This document shows, piece by piece, positions 1 through 9,537 of a stretch of 64,000 nt of DNA. The notes below the pieces were generated by a model, which made no database searches, was not told the DNA's origin, and was given only the letters and a program-made list of their open reading frames with translations. A program made the position numbers and the translations under genes. Within the stretch, counting starts at the first letter, position 1; each line of letters starts with the position of its first letter. The stretch is from Candidatus Latescibacterota bacterium (GTDB lineage: Bacteria > Latescibacterota > UBA2968 > UBA8231). The DNA lies in assembly GCA_965203355.1 (NCBI GenBank), contig OZ241889.1:4096001-4160000 (forward strand), written 5' to 3'.

Positions 1-1370
1 TCTGGTGGGGCGCGGTCAACATCAAGCTGCGAGAGCACACCTTTATGATCAATCTGGAGCGCGCCATCGACTATCTCAACACCTGCGAGCCGTTGTACGT
101 GGTCGATGGATTCGCCGGTTGGGATCCGCAGTATCGGCTCAAAATCCGCGTGATTTGCTCCCGTGCATACCACGCGCTCTTCATGTACAACATGCTCATC
201 CGCCCGTCCGCCGACGAGCTAGACCAATTCGGAACGCCGGATTTTACCATTTACAACGCCGGCCGCTTTCCGGCCAACCGCTACACCTCGGAGATGACCT
301 CCTCCACCAGCATTGACTTGAGCTTTGAGCGCCGAGAAATGGTGATTTTGGGAACCGAGTACGCGGGCGAAATGAAAAAGGGCGTATTTACAGTCGTGAA
401 CTTCCTCATGCCCAAAGCTGGCCTGCTGTCCATGCACTGCGCGGCCAATGCGGGAACCAGCGGCGATACTGCGCTGTTCTTTGGCTTGTCGGGCACGGGC
501 AAGACCACGCTGTCAACCGACCCACAGCGGCACTTGATCGGCGACGACGAGCATGTCTGGAGCGCGGAGGGCATCTTCAACATTGAGGGAGGCTGCTATG
601 CCAAGTGCATCGGCTTGACCCCGGAGCAAGAGCCTGAAATTTTTCGCGCCATCCGCTTTGGTACGGTCTTGGAAAACGTCGTCTGCGACGCGGAGAGCCG
701 TCGCGTCAATTACGCCGACGACGCGATCACCGAAAACACCCGCGCGGCCTATCCCATCGACTACATCCCCAACGCGATGATCCCCGGCATCGGTCGCCAT
801 CCGCGCGACATCATCTTCCTCACCTGCGACGCCTTCGGCGTACTGCCGCCGGTCAGCCGCCTGACGCCCGACCAAGCCATGTATCACTTTATGAGCGGGT
901 ACACCGCCAAAGTCGCTGGCACCGAGATGGGCGTCACCAAGCCAGAGGCCGCGTTTTCGGCTTGCTTTGGCGCGGCCTTCATGGTCTGGCATCCGCACAA
1001 GTACGCCGCTCTGCTAGCCGATAAAATTCGCACGCACAACGCGCAGGTCTGGCTGGTCAACACAGGCTGGACGGGCGGGCCGTATGGCGTGGGCACGCGC
1101 CTCGCACTCCAGCACACCCGGGCCATTATCAGCGCGATTCACGCCGGTGCCCTCGCCGATGCACCCACAGAGCGGGACCCGCGCTTCGGCTTTGACGTGG
1201 TGTGCGCGTGTCCAGATGTGCCTAGCGCGCAGCTAAAGCCACGACGAACTTGGGCCGATGGAGCGGCCTATGACGAGCGCGCTGGCCAGCTCGCCGAGCT
1301 ATTCAAGGCGAACTTCGCCGCCTTTGCGGACGGGGCTTCGGCTGCCGTAAAGCAAGCCGAGCCAGCGTGA
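1..1370 (+). CDS. pckA: Phosphoenolpyruvate carboxykinase (ATP), 5'-truncated by window edge
   Basis: [25 protein letters not shown]-loop, [24 protein letters not shown]. Frame is open from position 3 (WWGAVNIK...). Confidence 0.97.
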   Translation, partial: WWGAVNIKLREHTFMINLERAIDYLNTCEPLYVVDGFAGWDPQYRLKIRVICSRAYHALFMYNMLIRPSADELDQFGTPDFTIYNAGRFPANRYTSEMTSSTSIDLSFERREMVILGTEYAGEMKKGVFTVVNFLMPKAGLLSMHCAANAGTSGDTALFFGLSGTGKTTLSTDPQRHLIGDDEHVWSAEGIFNIEGGCYAKCIGLTPEQEPEIFRAIRFGTVLENVVCDAESRRVNYADDAITENTRAAYPIDYIPNAMIPGIGRHPRDIIFLTCDAFGVLPPVSRLTPDQAMYHFMSGYTAKVAGTEMGVTKPEAAFSACFGAAFMVWHPHKYAALLADKIRTHNAQVWLVNTGWTGGPYGVGTRLALQHTRAIISAIHAGALADAPTERDPRFGFDVVCACPDVPSAQLKPRRTWADGAAYDERAGQLAELFKANFAAFADGASAAVKQAEPA

Positions 1371-1405
1371 GGAATTTGCCACTCACTACACATAAGGAGC
1401 AATTA

Positions 1406-2728
1406 ATGGAAATCGCAGCACAAAAGACCGCTGACCCAGACTACAAGATCGCCGACCTAGCACTGGCCGAATGGGGTAGGCAGGAAATCATGCTCGCCGA
1501 GCAGGAGATGCCCGGGCTGATGGCCCTGCGCGAAGAGTACGGAGCCGCCCAGCCGCTCGCGGGGGCGCGCATCGCCGGCTCCTTGCACGCGACGATCCAG
1601 ACCGCGGTGCTCATTGAGACGCTCACCGCGCTCGGGGCGCAAGTGCGCTGGTGCTCGTGCAACATCTTCTCGACTCAAGACCACGCCGCCGCAGCCCTCG
1701 CCGCCACCGGCATCCCGATCTTCGCTTGGAAGGGCGAGACCGAGGACGAGTACTGGTGGTGTACCGAACAAACCCTGCGCTGGCCCGATGGCGACGGCCC
1801 CAACCTGATTCTCGACGACGGCGGCGACCTGACCAAGTGGATCCACGACAAGCACCCAGCGCTTTTGCCGGGCCTGCGCGGCATCTCCGAAGAGACGACC
1901 ACCGGCGTTCACCACCTCTATCAGATGCTCGCAGCCGGGACGCTCGCCGTGCCGGCGATCAACGTCAACGACAGCGTCACCAAATCAAAGTTCGACAACC
2001 TCTACGGCTGCCGCGAGTCGCTGGCCGACGGCATCAAGCGCGCCACCGACATAATGATCGCCGCTAAGGTCGTGGTGGTCGCTGGCTACGGCGATGTCGG
2101 CAAAGGATGCGCCGATGCCATGCGCGGCTTGGGCGCCCGAGTAATCGTCACCGAAATCGATCCGATCTGCGCGTTGCAGGCGGCCATGGAAGGCTGCGAA
2201 GTCAAGAAGATGGACGACGCCATTGCCGAGGGCGACATCTTCGTCACGGCCACCGGGTGCCGCGACATCATTCGCATCGAGCAAATGGAGCGGATGAAAG
2301 ACGGAGCCATCATCTGCAACATCGGCCACTTCGACATCGAAATCCAAGTGGCCGAATTAGTGGGTTATCGCGGAATCAAGCGCGTTGAGATCAAACCGCA
2401 AGTCGATAAGTTCACCTTTCCCGATGGACGCAGCGTCATCCTGTTGGCTGAGGGGCGCTTGGTCAATCTCGGCTGCGCCACCGGGCACCCTTCTTTTGTC
2501 ATGTCCAATTCGTTTACCAACCAAGTCTTGGCGCAGATTGAGTTGCACACCCGCCACGAACACTATCCAGTCGGCGTGTACATGCTGCCCAAGCACCTCG
2601 ACGAGAAGGTGGCGCGGCTCCACCTGCAAAAGTTAGGAGTCGAAATTGACGAGCTAGACGCCGAGCAAGCCGCGTATTTGGGAATCCCAGTGGCCGGTCC
2701 CTACAAGCCGGAGCACTACCGCTACTAG
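1406..2728 (+). CDS. ahcY: Adenosylhomocysteinase
   Basis: [42 protein letters not shown]-terminal [19 protein letters not shown] before ATG 1406. Confidence 0.97.
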   Translation: MEIAAQKTADPDYKIADLALAEWGRQEIMLAEQEMPGLMALREEYGAAQPLAGARIAGSLHATIQTAVLIETLTALGAQVRWCSCNIFSTQDHAAAALAATGIPIFAWKGETEDEYWWCTEQTLRWPDGDGPNLILDDGGDLTKWIHDKHPALLPGLRGISEETTTGVHHLYQMLAAGTLAVPAINVNDSVTKSKFDNLYGCRESLADGIKRATDIMIAAKVVVVAGYGDVGKGCADAMRGLGARVIVTEIDPICALQAAMEGCEVKKMDDAIAEGDIFVTATGCRDIIRIEQMERMKDGAIICNIGHFDIEIQVAELVGYRGIKRVEIKPQVDKFTFPDGRSVILLAEGRLVNLGCATGHPSFVMSNSFTNQVLAQIELHTRHEHYPVGVYMLPKHLDEKVARLHLQKLGVEIDELDAEQAAYLGIPVAGPYKPEHYRY

Positions 2729-2734
2729 CATCCC

Positions 2735-3787
2735 ATGAACGTCGCTGTCTTGCTCTCCGGTGGGGTCGATAGCTCGTTGGCCCTCGCCCTGCTCCGGCGC
2801 GAAAAGCGGATCGCGCTCAAAGCCTATTACCTCAAGATCTGGCTAGAGGACGAACTATTCGCGCTGGGCGATTGCCCGTGGGAAACGGATTTGACCTACG
2901 CCCGCGCTACCTGCGAACAGCTCGGGGTGCCGCTCGAAATCGTGCCGCTGCAAAGCGAGTATCGGGAGCAGATCGTCGAGTACGCGTTGGCCGAACTGCG
3001 CTTGGGGCGCACCCCCAGCCCAGACATCTGGTGCAACCAGCGCGTCAAATTCGGGGCCTTTTATCAGCGAGTGGCCGGCGAGTGCGACCAAATTGCCTCT
3101 GGGCACTACGCCCGCGTCGAGGGAGGCACGGGCCGCTATCGGCTTCGGCGCGCCGCCGATCCAGTCAAGGACCAGACCTATTTCCTCTCCAACCTGAGCC
3201 AAGCGCAACTCGCGCGGCTCTGCTTGCCCATCGGCCACCTGCACAAGCACCAAGTGCGCACAATCGCCGCAGAACTTGACCTGCCGACCCAAGATCGCCC
3301 CGACAGCCAAGGCATGTGCTTCTTGGGCAAGATCAACTACCGGGACTTCGTCCGCTTCCACTTGGGAGAGGTCCGAGGCGACATCGTCGAGCAGGCGAGC
3401 GGAAAAAAGAAGGGCGAGCACCCCGGCTATTGGTTCTACACCATTGGCCAGCGGCACGGCCTGCAACTCGGCGGCGGCCCTTGGTATGTGATCGACAAAG
3501 ACGTCGCCAACAACATCGTGTACATCGCCCACGGCAGCGCACCGACGCGAACCGGACGCCGTGCGTTGGTTGCGGAACAAGTCCATTGGATCGCCGGAGC
3601 ACCGGAGCACGACGCGCTCCACGTCAAGCTCCGGCATGGGCCAGCGCTGGTGCCCTGTCAGGTGCAAATGCTCGCGCCAGACCGCGCCCACGTCGCCCTG
3701 TCCACGCCCGACCTCGGCATGGCTCCGGGCCAGCACGCCGTGTTCTACGACGGTGAAATTTGCCTCGGCGGCGGCATCATTGCCTAG
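2735..3787 (+). CDS. mnmA: tRNA 2-thiouridine(34) synthase
   Basis: SGGVDS PP-loop, PSPDIWCNQRVKFG, SGHYA, KDQTYFL, DSQGMCFLG, YTIGQR, PGQHAVFY. Confidence 0.95.
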   Translation: MNVAVLLSGGVDSSLALALLRREKRIALKAYYLKIWLEDELFALGDCPWETDLTYARATCEQLGVPLEIVPLQSEYREQIVEYALAELRLGRTPSPDIWCNQRVKFGAFYQRVAGECDQIASGHYARVEGGTGRYRLRRAADPVKDQTYFLSNLSQAQLARLCLPIGHLHKHQVRTIAAELDLPTQDRPDSQGMCFLGKINYRDFVRFHLGEVRGDIVEQASGKKKGEHPGYWFYTIGQRHGLQLGGGPWYVIDKDVANNIVYIAHGSAPTRTGRRALVAEQVHWIAGAPEHDALHVKLRHGPALVPCQVQMLAPDRAHVALSTPDLGMAPGQHAVFYDGEICLGGGIIA

Positions 3788-3790
3788 CTG

Positions 3791-4777
3791 TTACGCGGTG
3801 GGACTCGGTGCGGCTACACGCTGGACCGCTCGACATCGCAGCCGGCGATCGTCCACGTCCTTCGCCATCTCAACCATCACCTCAAGCGCCTCGTCCGCAT
3901 CGGGATCCTGTTTCAGGCCCCACGATGCACCCATGATCTTGTCGCAGAAGGCCCCCGCAAACATCCGCTCCTCGTTTTCTCCCAACACATCGCTGAAAAC
4001 CGCTATCGCCTCAAGCAAAATCTCCCGCTTTTCCGCTGCGGTCTCGCCGAACCCCATTGCATTGTTGATAAACCGGCCGACATCCAGACACGAGGCCCCG
4101 ATGACGCCCTTGGGATCAATCGCCAGCCAGCCGCGGCCTGCGTCAGACAGAATATTCCAGTGATGGAGGTCGCCGTGCAACAGTATCTGAGGTTCATCCG
4201 GCTCCATCAGGATTTCCATCATGGACTCCACGCGCGGAATCTGCTCGACGTAGCCCCGCGCTCGCACGCGATCTTTGCAGCTTCTAGCGTCCGCAAATGC
4301 ACGGCGCAGCCAATCCACAAAGTGCGGCAGGGCATGGTTCGACGGCGGCGGGATCGCGTGTAACTTCTGGAGGATCCGCGCCGCAATCGCGCTTTGCTCG
4401 CGCACGTTCTCAACCGAATCTAGCATCTTGCCCGGCCGCAATCGTTCGAGCAGCATGGCGTTGAGCACTTTGTCGCAGTCAATGAGCCGATTGACCCCAC
4501 GCCCCTCGTAGATCGCCAACGCTTCCATCTCCGTGCTGAAATCGCCGTGCGGGACGCCCACCTTGAGCACGGCCTCTGCCCCAGTGCCCATCTCGACGTA
4601 GGCGATGTAGTTGACCTTAATCTCCTCAGTCGGTCGGCCAAGTGTCAGACCCCACTTATCGCAGCATCGCTTGAGAATGGACGGCAGTTCCGCCAGCCAT
4701 GCCTCGCCTGCTCGGCCAAATTCTCGCGTCGCATACCGCCGGAATCGCTCGGGGAACTGCGGGGCGTCAATCAGCAT
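3791..4777 (-). CDS. Aminoglycoside/hydroxyurea phosphotransferase family kinase (APH(6)-like)
   Basis: AVLKV, MLLERL, LLHGDLHHWNIL, WLAIDPKG. N-terminal 'WLAELPSIL...W' is typical of this family. Confidence 0.85.
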   Translation of the reverse strand: MLIDAPQFPERFRRYATREFGRAGEAWLAELPSILKRCCDKWGLTLGRPTEEIKVNYIAYVEMGTGAEAVLKVGVPHGDFSTEMEALAIYEGRGVNRLIDCDKVLNAMLLERLRPGKMLDSVENVREQSAIAARILQKLHAIPPPSNHALPHFVDWLRRAFADARSCKDRVRARGYVEQIPRVESMMEILMEPDEPQILLHGDLHHWNILSDAGRGWLAIDPKGVIGASCLDVGRFINNAMGFGETAAEKREILLEAIAVFSDVLGENEERMFAGAFCDKIMGASWGLKQDPDADEALEVMVEMAKDVDDRRLRCRAVQRVAAPSPTA

Positions 4778-4809
4778 CTATCGCGTTTCTTCGCAAAGCA
4801 CTCAACGCG

Positions 4810-5667
4810 CTACCGGAGAAACATCTCGCCCGTGAAGGGCAAAGGCTGGTCTGGACGTTCGTAGCGAATCTGTTGGGGCGTCTTGTCGAGCGCGGCGGCC
4901 CATTGGTCTCGCCAGTCTTCATAGACAGTCTCCGAGGCGGGATCGCGCCGGCTGCGGGCGACGAGACTAGGCCACTCTGGCCGCGGGGAAGGCGCGCCCG
5001 TCTTCTGGTAGCGCAGATCCATACTCCAACGCACGGCGTTGGTCTTATTCGGGCCTGAGCCGTGGGGCGTCAGTTTGTGGACGAACAGAACGTCCCCCTT
5101 CTGCATGGGCAGGCTAACCCGCTCGGTCTGGGGCAGATCCTGCCCGTACCGCCAATAGACCATGCGCCGCTGGTGGACCCGAGGCTGGACCTGTAAGCAG
5201 CCGTTCTCTTCGGTTGACTCGACGAGGGGGATCCAAACGGTCACCTGTAGGATACCTTGCGCTTGTTGGGTAGTGAACACGGCATCCTGATGAAAAACTA
5301 CCTCTGTTGACGGCATCTTTGGCCGGATGTGCGACACTGCGTTGCAGGTAATCTCTGGACCGATGAACGGCTCAATCAGGTCGACGAGGCGCTGATTGCG
5401 CAAAAACTCAAAGGTGCGGCGGCGGCGCGTCTCCCCTATGTCGGGATAGTCATCAACTCCATCGCACGCTTCGGCGAGGCAGGCCAAGCGCCGCGCAAAA
5501 GGCTCGTTTTCGTAGAGATGGGCGATCTTGCCCTGTGCGCGTAGATCGCGGGCGATTTCATCGACGATGCTAATGTGATCCTCGATGAGCGGCGCGAGAT
5601 CATCGTCCGTAAGCCCTCCTTTGATAAGGACGTACCCTTCTTTCTCAAAAAAGTCGAGATCGTTCAC
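4810..5667 (-). CDS. Phytanoyl-CoA dioxygenase (PhyH) family 2OG/Fe(II) oxygenase
   Basis: FFEKEGY, FHQD, VTVWIPL...NGCL, PHGSGPN, RWSMDLRY. GTG start at 5667 follows an AAGGAGG RBS. Confidence 0.88.
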   Translation of the reverse strand: MNDLDFFEKEGYVLIKGGLTDDDLAPLIEDHISIVDEIARDLRAQGKIAHLYENEPFARRLACLAEACDGVDDYPDIGETRRRRTFEFLRNQRLVDLIEPFIGPEITCNAVSHIRPKMPSTEVVFHQDAVFTTQQAQGILQVTVWIPLVESTEENGCLQVQPRVHQRRMVYWRYGQDLPQTERVSLPMQKGDVLFVHKLTPHGSGPNKTNAVRWSMDLRYQKTGAPSPRPEWPSLVARSRRDPASETVYEDWRDQWAAALDKTPQQIRYERPDQPLPFTGEMFLR

Positions 5668-5813
5668 ACGGAGCCTCCTTCTGTTCAATTTTCTTCCCGG
5701 CCTCCAACGACCGCCGAGAGACAAGACCCGTCGGCCAGCGCGCCTCGAATTGTAAAGGGCTTGGATTGCCGCTAAAATAAAAAGCCACATTTCCTCTCAA
5801 AAAAGACCATGAC

Positions 5814-6956
5814 ATGTTTGCACTGATTTTCCTATCGCTGCTCGGCTCGATCTACGGCTATGCGGGCTGGCGGCTCATTCCTTATCTCCCCCCACTCGCC
5901 CAAGTCGGGGCCGCACTCGCGCTGGTGTTCCTGCTGTTGACGCCCTTGTTGCTCTTCCGCCTGCGCTCTCGTCCACATCTGGTTTGGCTGACCGATCCGC
6001 TCTCTTGGGTGGCCTATCTCGGCATGGGCTTTTTCACCGTCTGCTCGACGTTGCTGCTCCTGCGCGATGTCGGCGGACTACTCATGGGCCTATTCTATCC
6101 CATTGACGCAACGCACAAAGCCAGCATTGATTTGGCGACCTTTGCCTCAGCCTTGCTCGCGGCGTCCTACGGCTACTATCAAGCCCGCCGGACGCCAGCG
6201 GTCCGCCGCGTCGATGTTCCTATTGCCAATCTCCCGCCCGCACTAGTCGGACTGCGCATCGTGCAAATCAGCGATCTCCACATCGGCCCGACCATCAAGG
6301 CCCCCTTTGTGGAGCGCGTTGTCGCTCGCGTCAATGAACTGCAACCCGACCTAATCGCCTTCACCGGCGACCTCGCCGACGGGACCGTCGAAAGACTCGC
6401 CGTACACACAGCCGCTCTCGCCGAACTCTCCGCGCCGCTCGGGGTCTATTTCTGCACCGGCAACCACGAATACTATTCGGGCGTGGAGCGCTGGACGGAG
6501 CAAGCACGCCGCCTCGGCTTCGACGTCCTGATCAACGAGATGCGCCTGATCAACTGCGGCGGCGGGCGGATCGCCTTAGCCGGCACGACCGACTTCAACG
6601 CCGGCGCGCTAGTCCCGGATCACGCATCGGACCCGGCCAAGGCCCTTGCCGAGAGCAACGGAGCCGATGTGCGCATCCTGCTCGCGCACCAGCCGCGCAG
6701 TATAGAGGCCGCCAGCCAAGCCGACTGCCACCTGCAACTGTCGGGGCACACGCACGGGGGCCAGTTCGTGCCGTGGAAGTACGTCATTCCCCTGCAACAG
6801 CCCTATGTCGCGGGCCTGCACAAATTTCGCGACACTTGGATCTACGTCCATCGAGGCACCGGCTATTGGGGTCCGCCGCTGCGGCTCGGTGCCCCTTCCG
6901 AGATCGCGCTCCTCACCCTGAGTCGGGCCGGGTCTGCGCGCAGCCACTTTCAATAG
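5814..6956 (+). CDS. Membrane-anchored metallophosphoesterase (YkuE-like)
   Basis: N-terminal TM helices; SDLH, TGD, GNHEYY, LAHQP, SGHTHGGQ. Confidence 0.9.
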   Translation: MFALIFLSLLGSIYGYAGWRLIPYLPPLAQVGAALALVFLLLTPLLLFRLRSRPHLVWLTDPLSWVAYLGMGFFTVCSTLLLLRDVGGLLMGLFYPIDATHKASIDLATFASALLAASYGYYQARRTPAVRRVDVPIANLPPALVGLRIVQISDLHIGPTIKAPFVERVVARVNELQPDLIAFTGDLADGTVERLAVHTAALAELSAPLGVYFCTGNHEYYSGVERWTEQARRLGFDVLINEMRLINCGGGRIALAGTTDFNAGALVPDHASDPAKALAESNGADVRILLAHQPRSIEAASQADCHLQLSGHTHGGQFVPWKYVIPLQQPYVAGLHKFRDTWIYVHRGTGYWGPPLRLGAPSEIALLTLSRAGSARSHFQ

Positions 6957-7097
6957 TTCGCTTGATCTTGGCGGCGCGACTTGATGCTGCCAACCACGGC
7001 CACCCAGGGTGTGGACGGATCAACCAAAGCAAGTCCTCAAAGGTTGTAATCCGCCGCAGCCCTTGTTAATTTGCCCGCCTCACTTAGGAGGATACAG

Positions 7098-7889
7098 ATG
7101 ACCACCGCCCCGTCCGTTACCCAACACCACAAAGCACTAGACCAAGAGCAGATCGACCAATTCCGCCGCCGCGGCTTCATCGCCATTGGCAAGTTGCTCG
7201 ACGACGACCTCATGGCCTTGCTGCGCGACGAATACGACCGCCTCTTTGCCCAAGCGCGTCAAAACGGACACTTCCGCAACCTGTCCATCAGCGACACCGA
7301 TGATCTCGACCAAAAGAACAACGCCGGCGAGCAGATGTTGCAGATTATGCAAATGTGCGAGCGCAGTATCCTCTTCCGGCAACTGCTCTACGACACCCGC
7401 ATCCTCGACATCGCCGAAAATCTCATCGGCCCGAATATCCAACTCTTTCACGACCAAGCCCTCTACAAACCTGCCCACCACGGCGGACCCGTCTTTTGGC
7501 ACCAAGACAACGCCTACTGGAAATGCCGGCCGGCCAACTTGGTTAGCTGCTGGATGACGCTTGACGATGTCGATGCGACCAACGGCGCCATGCACTTACT
7601 GCCCGGATCACACCTGACACCTGTCGGGCACGAGCGCTCGGAGCAAACCAATGCCTTGCTCGACTACGGCGACCAAGTCGATGCAACCCAAGCCGCCGTC
7701 ATAGACCTGCCCGCCGGCGGCGCACTCTTCCACCACTGCCAAACCCTTCACTACACCCCACCGAACCAAACCGATCGCCAACGCCGCGCCTTTGTCATCC
7801 ACTTCATGCCCCCTGGCACGCGCTCAGAGCACACCGGGCAATTCCTCGAAGTGTCTTTTAGCCGACCCATGCTGCGGATGCGAGTCTAA
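7098..7889 (+). CDS. PhyH family dioxygenase
   Basis: WHQDNAYW, SCWMTLDD...NGAM...PGSH, HHCQTLH...NQT...RRA. AGGAGG RBS before ATG 7098. Confidence 0.9.
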   Translation: MTTAPSVTQHHKALDQEQIDQFRRRGFIAIGKLLDDDLMALLRDEYDRLFAQARQNGHFRNLSISDTDDLDQKNNAGEQMLQIMQMCERSILFRQLLYDTRILDIAENLIGPNIQLFHDQALYKPAHHGGPVFWHQDNAYWKCRPANLVSCWMTLDDVDATNGAMHLLPGSHLTPVGHERSEQTNALLDYGDQVDATQAAVIDLPAGGALFHHCQTLHYTPPNQTDRQRRAFVIHFMPPGTRSEHTGQFLEVSFSRPMLRMRV

Positions 7890-7973
7890 ACCACGCGGTT
7901 TTGTTGACTAATACACAGGCACTCCCGAAGTTTAAGGGTGTCACCCAGCATACGCTGTCGCGCTTTGGAGACC

Positions 7974-8909
7974 ATGATGACCGTTATCCACACAACCGAC
8001 GATCTGATCCGTCTGCTGAACGAAAACGACGAGTTCCGCCAAGCCGTCCGCCGCCACGTCCTAAGCGACGAACTCATTCAGCTACCCGAGCGGCTTGCCA
8101 AGTTCGAAACTCATGTCGAGGACTTTATGGGCGAGCAGCGGCAGTTCAACAAAGAGCAGCAGCAGTTCAACAAAGAGCAGCAGCAGTTCAACAAAGAGCA
8201 GCGGCAGTTCAACAAAGAGCAGCAGCAGTTCAACAAAGAACAGAAGCAGTTCAACAAAGAACAGAAGCAGTTCAATCAGCAAGTAGAGAGTTCTATCGGC
8301 GAAATACGAGTTGAACTCGCCCAACAGGGAAAAACCCTCAAACAACAAACAGACGCCATCGGCGAAATACGAGTTGAACTCGCCCAACAGGGAAAAACCC
8401 TCAAACAACATACAGACGCCATCGGCGAAATACGAGTTGAACTCGCCCAACAGGGAAAAACCCTCAAACAACAAACAGACGCTATCGGCGAACTGCGCGG
8501 TAAAGTAGCCCGGCAGGTAGTTGGTGTGCATTTTCTAGAAATCACCGACGCTATGGGCTTTCGGTTCAAGGGGCTTTTGACCAGGCTGGACCTCGGCCAA
8601 TTGATTTTCCAACGCGAGATCGACATTCCCCTAGGCGACCGGCGCAGCTTCTTTCGCGCCGATCTGGTCATAGAAGCCACAGACTCACAGGACGTTATGC
8701 ACTACATAGCTGTCGAGGCTTCCTACACGGCCGACCAACGCGATACGAGCCGGGCCCAGCGCAACGCCGCCCTACTCACTCAGCTCACGGGGCACCCGGC
8801 CCACGCCGCCATTGCCAGTGTCCGCAACGTCCACGAAATCCAGACACTGATCGACAACGGCACGGTGTACTGGTACGCGCTCGAACCCAACGACTTCACA
8901 CCTGAATAG
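7974..8909 (+). CDS. Coiled-coil tandem-repeat protein with C-terminal PD-(D/E)XK-like domain
   Basis: N-terminal DDLIRLL...EFRQAVRRHVL, heptad and 21-aa repeats, C-terminal RADLVI...IAVEAS...DTSRAQRNA. Confidence 0.75.
   Translation: MMTVIHTTDDLIRLLNENDEFRQAVRRHVLSDELIQLPERLAKFETHVEDFMGEQRQFNKEQQQFNKEQQQFNKEQRQFNKEQQQFNKEQKQFNKEQKQFNQQVESSIGEIRVELAQQGKTLKQQTDAIGEIRVELAQQGKTLKQHTDAIGEIRVELAQQGKTLKQQTDAIGELRGKVARQVVGVHFLEITDAMGFRFKGLLTRLDLGQLIFQREIDIPLGDRRSFFRADLVIEATDSQDVMHYIAVEASYTADQRDTSRAQRNAALLTQLTGHPAHAAIASVRNVHEIQTLIDNGTVYWYALEPNDFTPE
8133..8279 (+). repeat. 7 x 21-bp in-frame tandem repeat (EQ[QRK]QFNK)
   Basis: Unit gagcagc(a/g)gcagttcaacaaa and variants, read directly. Confidence 0.95.
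8295..8483 (+). repeat. 3 x 63-bp near-perfect tandem repeat (IGEIRVELAQQGKTLKQ[QH]TDA)
   Basis: Units start at 8295, 8358 and 8421, with a partial unit at 8484. Confidence 0.95.
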
Positions 8910-8937
8910 TCTTTTTAAATTGTTGCCCCAAAAAGCC

Positions 8938-9053
8938 TAGTAGTAATGGCGTCTCGCCCGCGGAAAACGCCCGATTTAGGAACCGCTCGACCGCCCGTTG
9001 AAGTAGTCCGACGAGCAGCTTAAAAACGCTTCTGAGGAGTCCCGTTACCACTA
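8938..9053. mobile_element. Putative MITE with imperfect terminal inverted repeats
   Basis: TAGTAGTAATGG (8938-8949) / CCGTTACCACTA (9042-9053) are a 10/12 inverted match with TA at both ends. No ORF inside. Confidence 0.4.
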
Positions 9054-9070
9054 CGCACTCCTTACCCACC

Positions 9071-9165
9071 TAGTATTGATAACCGACATTCTTTGACGAC
9101 CCTCCAGCCGTTGGGCATATTACCGGGCCATGAACCCCATAAACCCTCAAGCCCGGTCGGCACTA
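9071..9165. mobile_element. Second putative CTAG-flanked MITE-like element
   Basis: (C)TAGTATTGA ... TCGGCACTA(G): weak inverted repeat (6/9, differences are transitions). Confidence 0.25.
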
Positions 9166-9378
9166 GCCACTCTCCCCGGCCCGCGTCTGAACGCGACCTC
9201 TGAGGTACGCCGCACCCTTTCCCGAAATCGTCGAGTGGGCACTCCAAGCCGGAGGAACCTGCACTCACGGCATCGGCTTGGACAAAACAATCTGATGAAC
9301 CCCGGCAAAGTCGTGAATGGACGATAAGACGAACACTCAATCTCAGATGTTGCCGATGGGGTAAGGCTTGGGTGCGGC

Positions 9379-9453
9379 ATGTTTATTGTCTTGCCCTTGA
9401 TCATCTTTGGATTGCTATTGCTGTTAGGGTTGGGACTCGGAAAGCGTTACTAG
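9379..9453 (+). CDS. Putative small hydrophobic peptide MFIVLPLIIFGLLLLLGLGLGKRY (possibly 3' part of a frameshifted gene starting at 9317)
   Basis: 24-codon ORF encoding one TM helix with a basic tail. Confidence 0.35.
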   Translation: MFIVLPLIIFGLLLLLGLGLGKRY

Positions 9454-9508
9454 ACGCTCCCGATGTAGCAATCATCTTTGGATTGCTATTGCTGCTAAGT
9501 TTGGGACT
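9400..9508 (+). repeat. 38-bp imperfect direct repeat, 2 copies, 33-bp gap
   Basis: atcatctttggattgctattgctg(t/c)ta(g/a)g(g/t)ttgggact at 9400-9437 and 9471-9508. Confidence 0.9.
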
Positions 9509-9537
9509 TATAACCTGCTAGTGAAAGGACGTGCAAA

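Noticed and set aside
1371-1405. SAH riboswitch upstream of ahcY
   Set aside because: The intergenic gap is only ~35 bp and has no motif.
9290-9350. Hammerhead ribozyme suggested by CTGATGA
   Set aside because: No stem II followed by GAAA and no matching stem I/III.
9400-9508. Mini-CRISPR (38-bp repeat, 33-bp spacer)
   Set aside because: Only two copies with 3 mismatches, not palindromic, no cas genes. The repeat encodes a hydrophobic peptide, so a local duplication explains it better.
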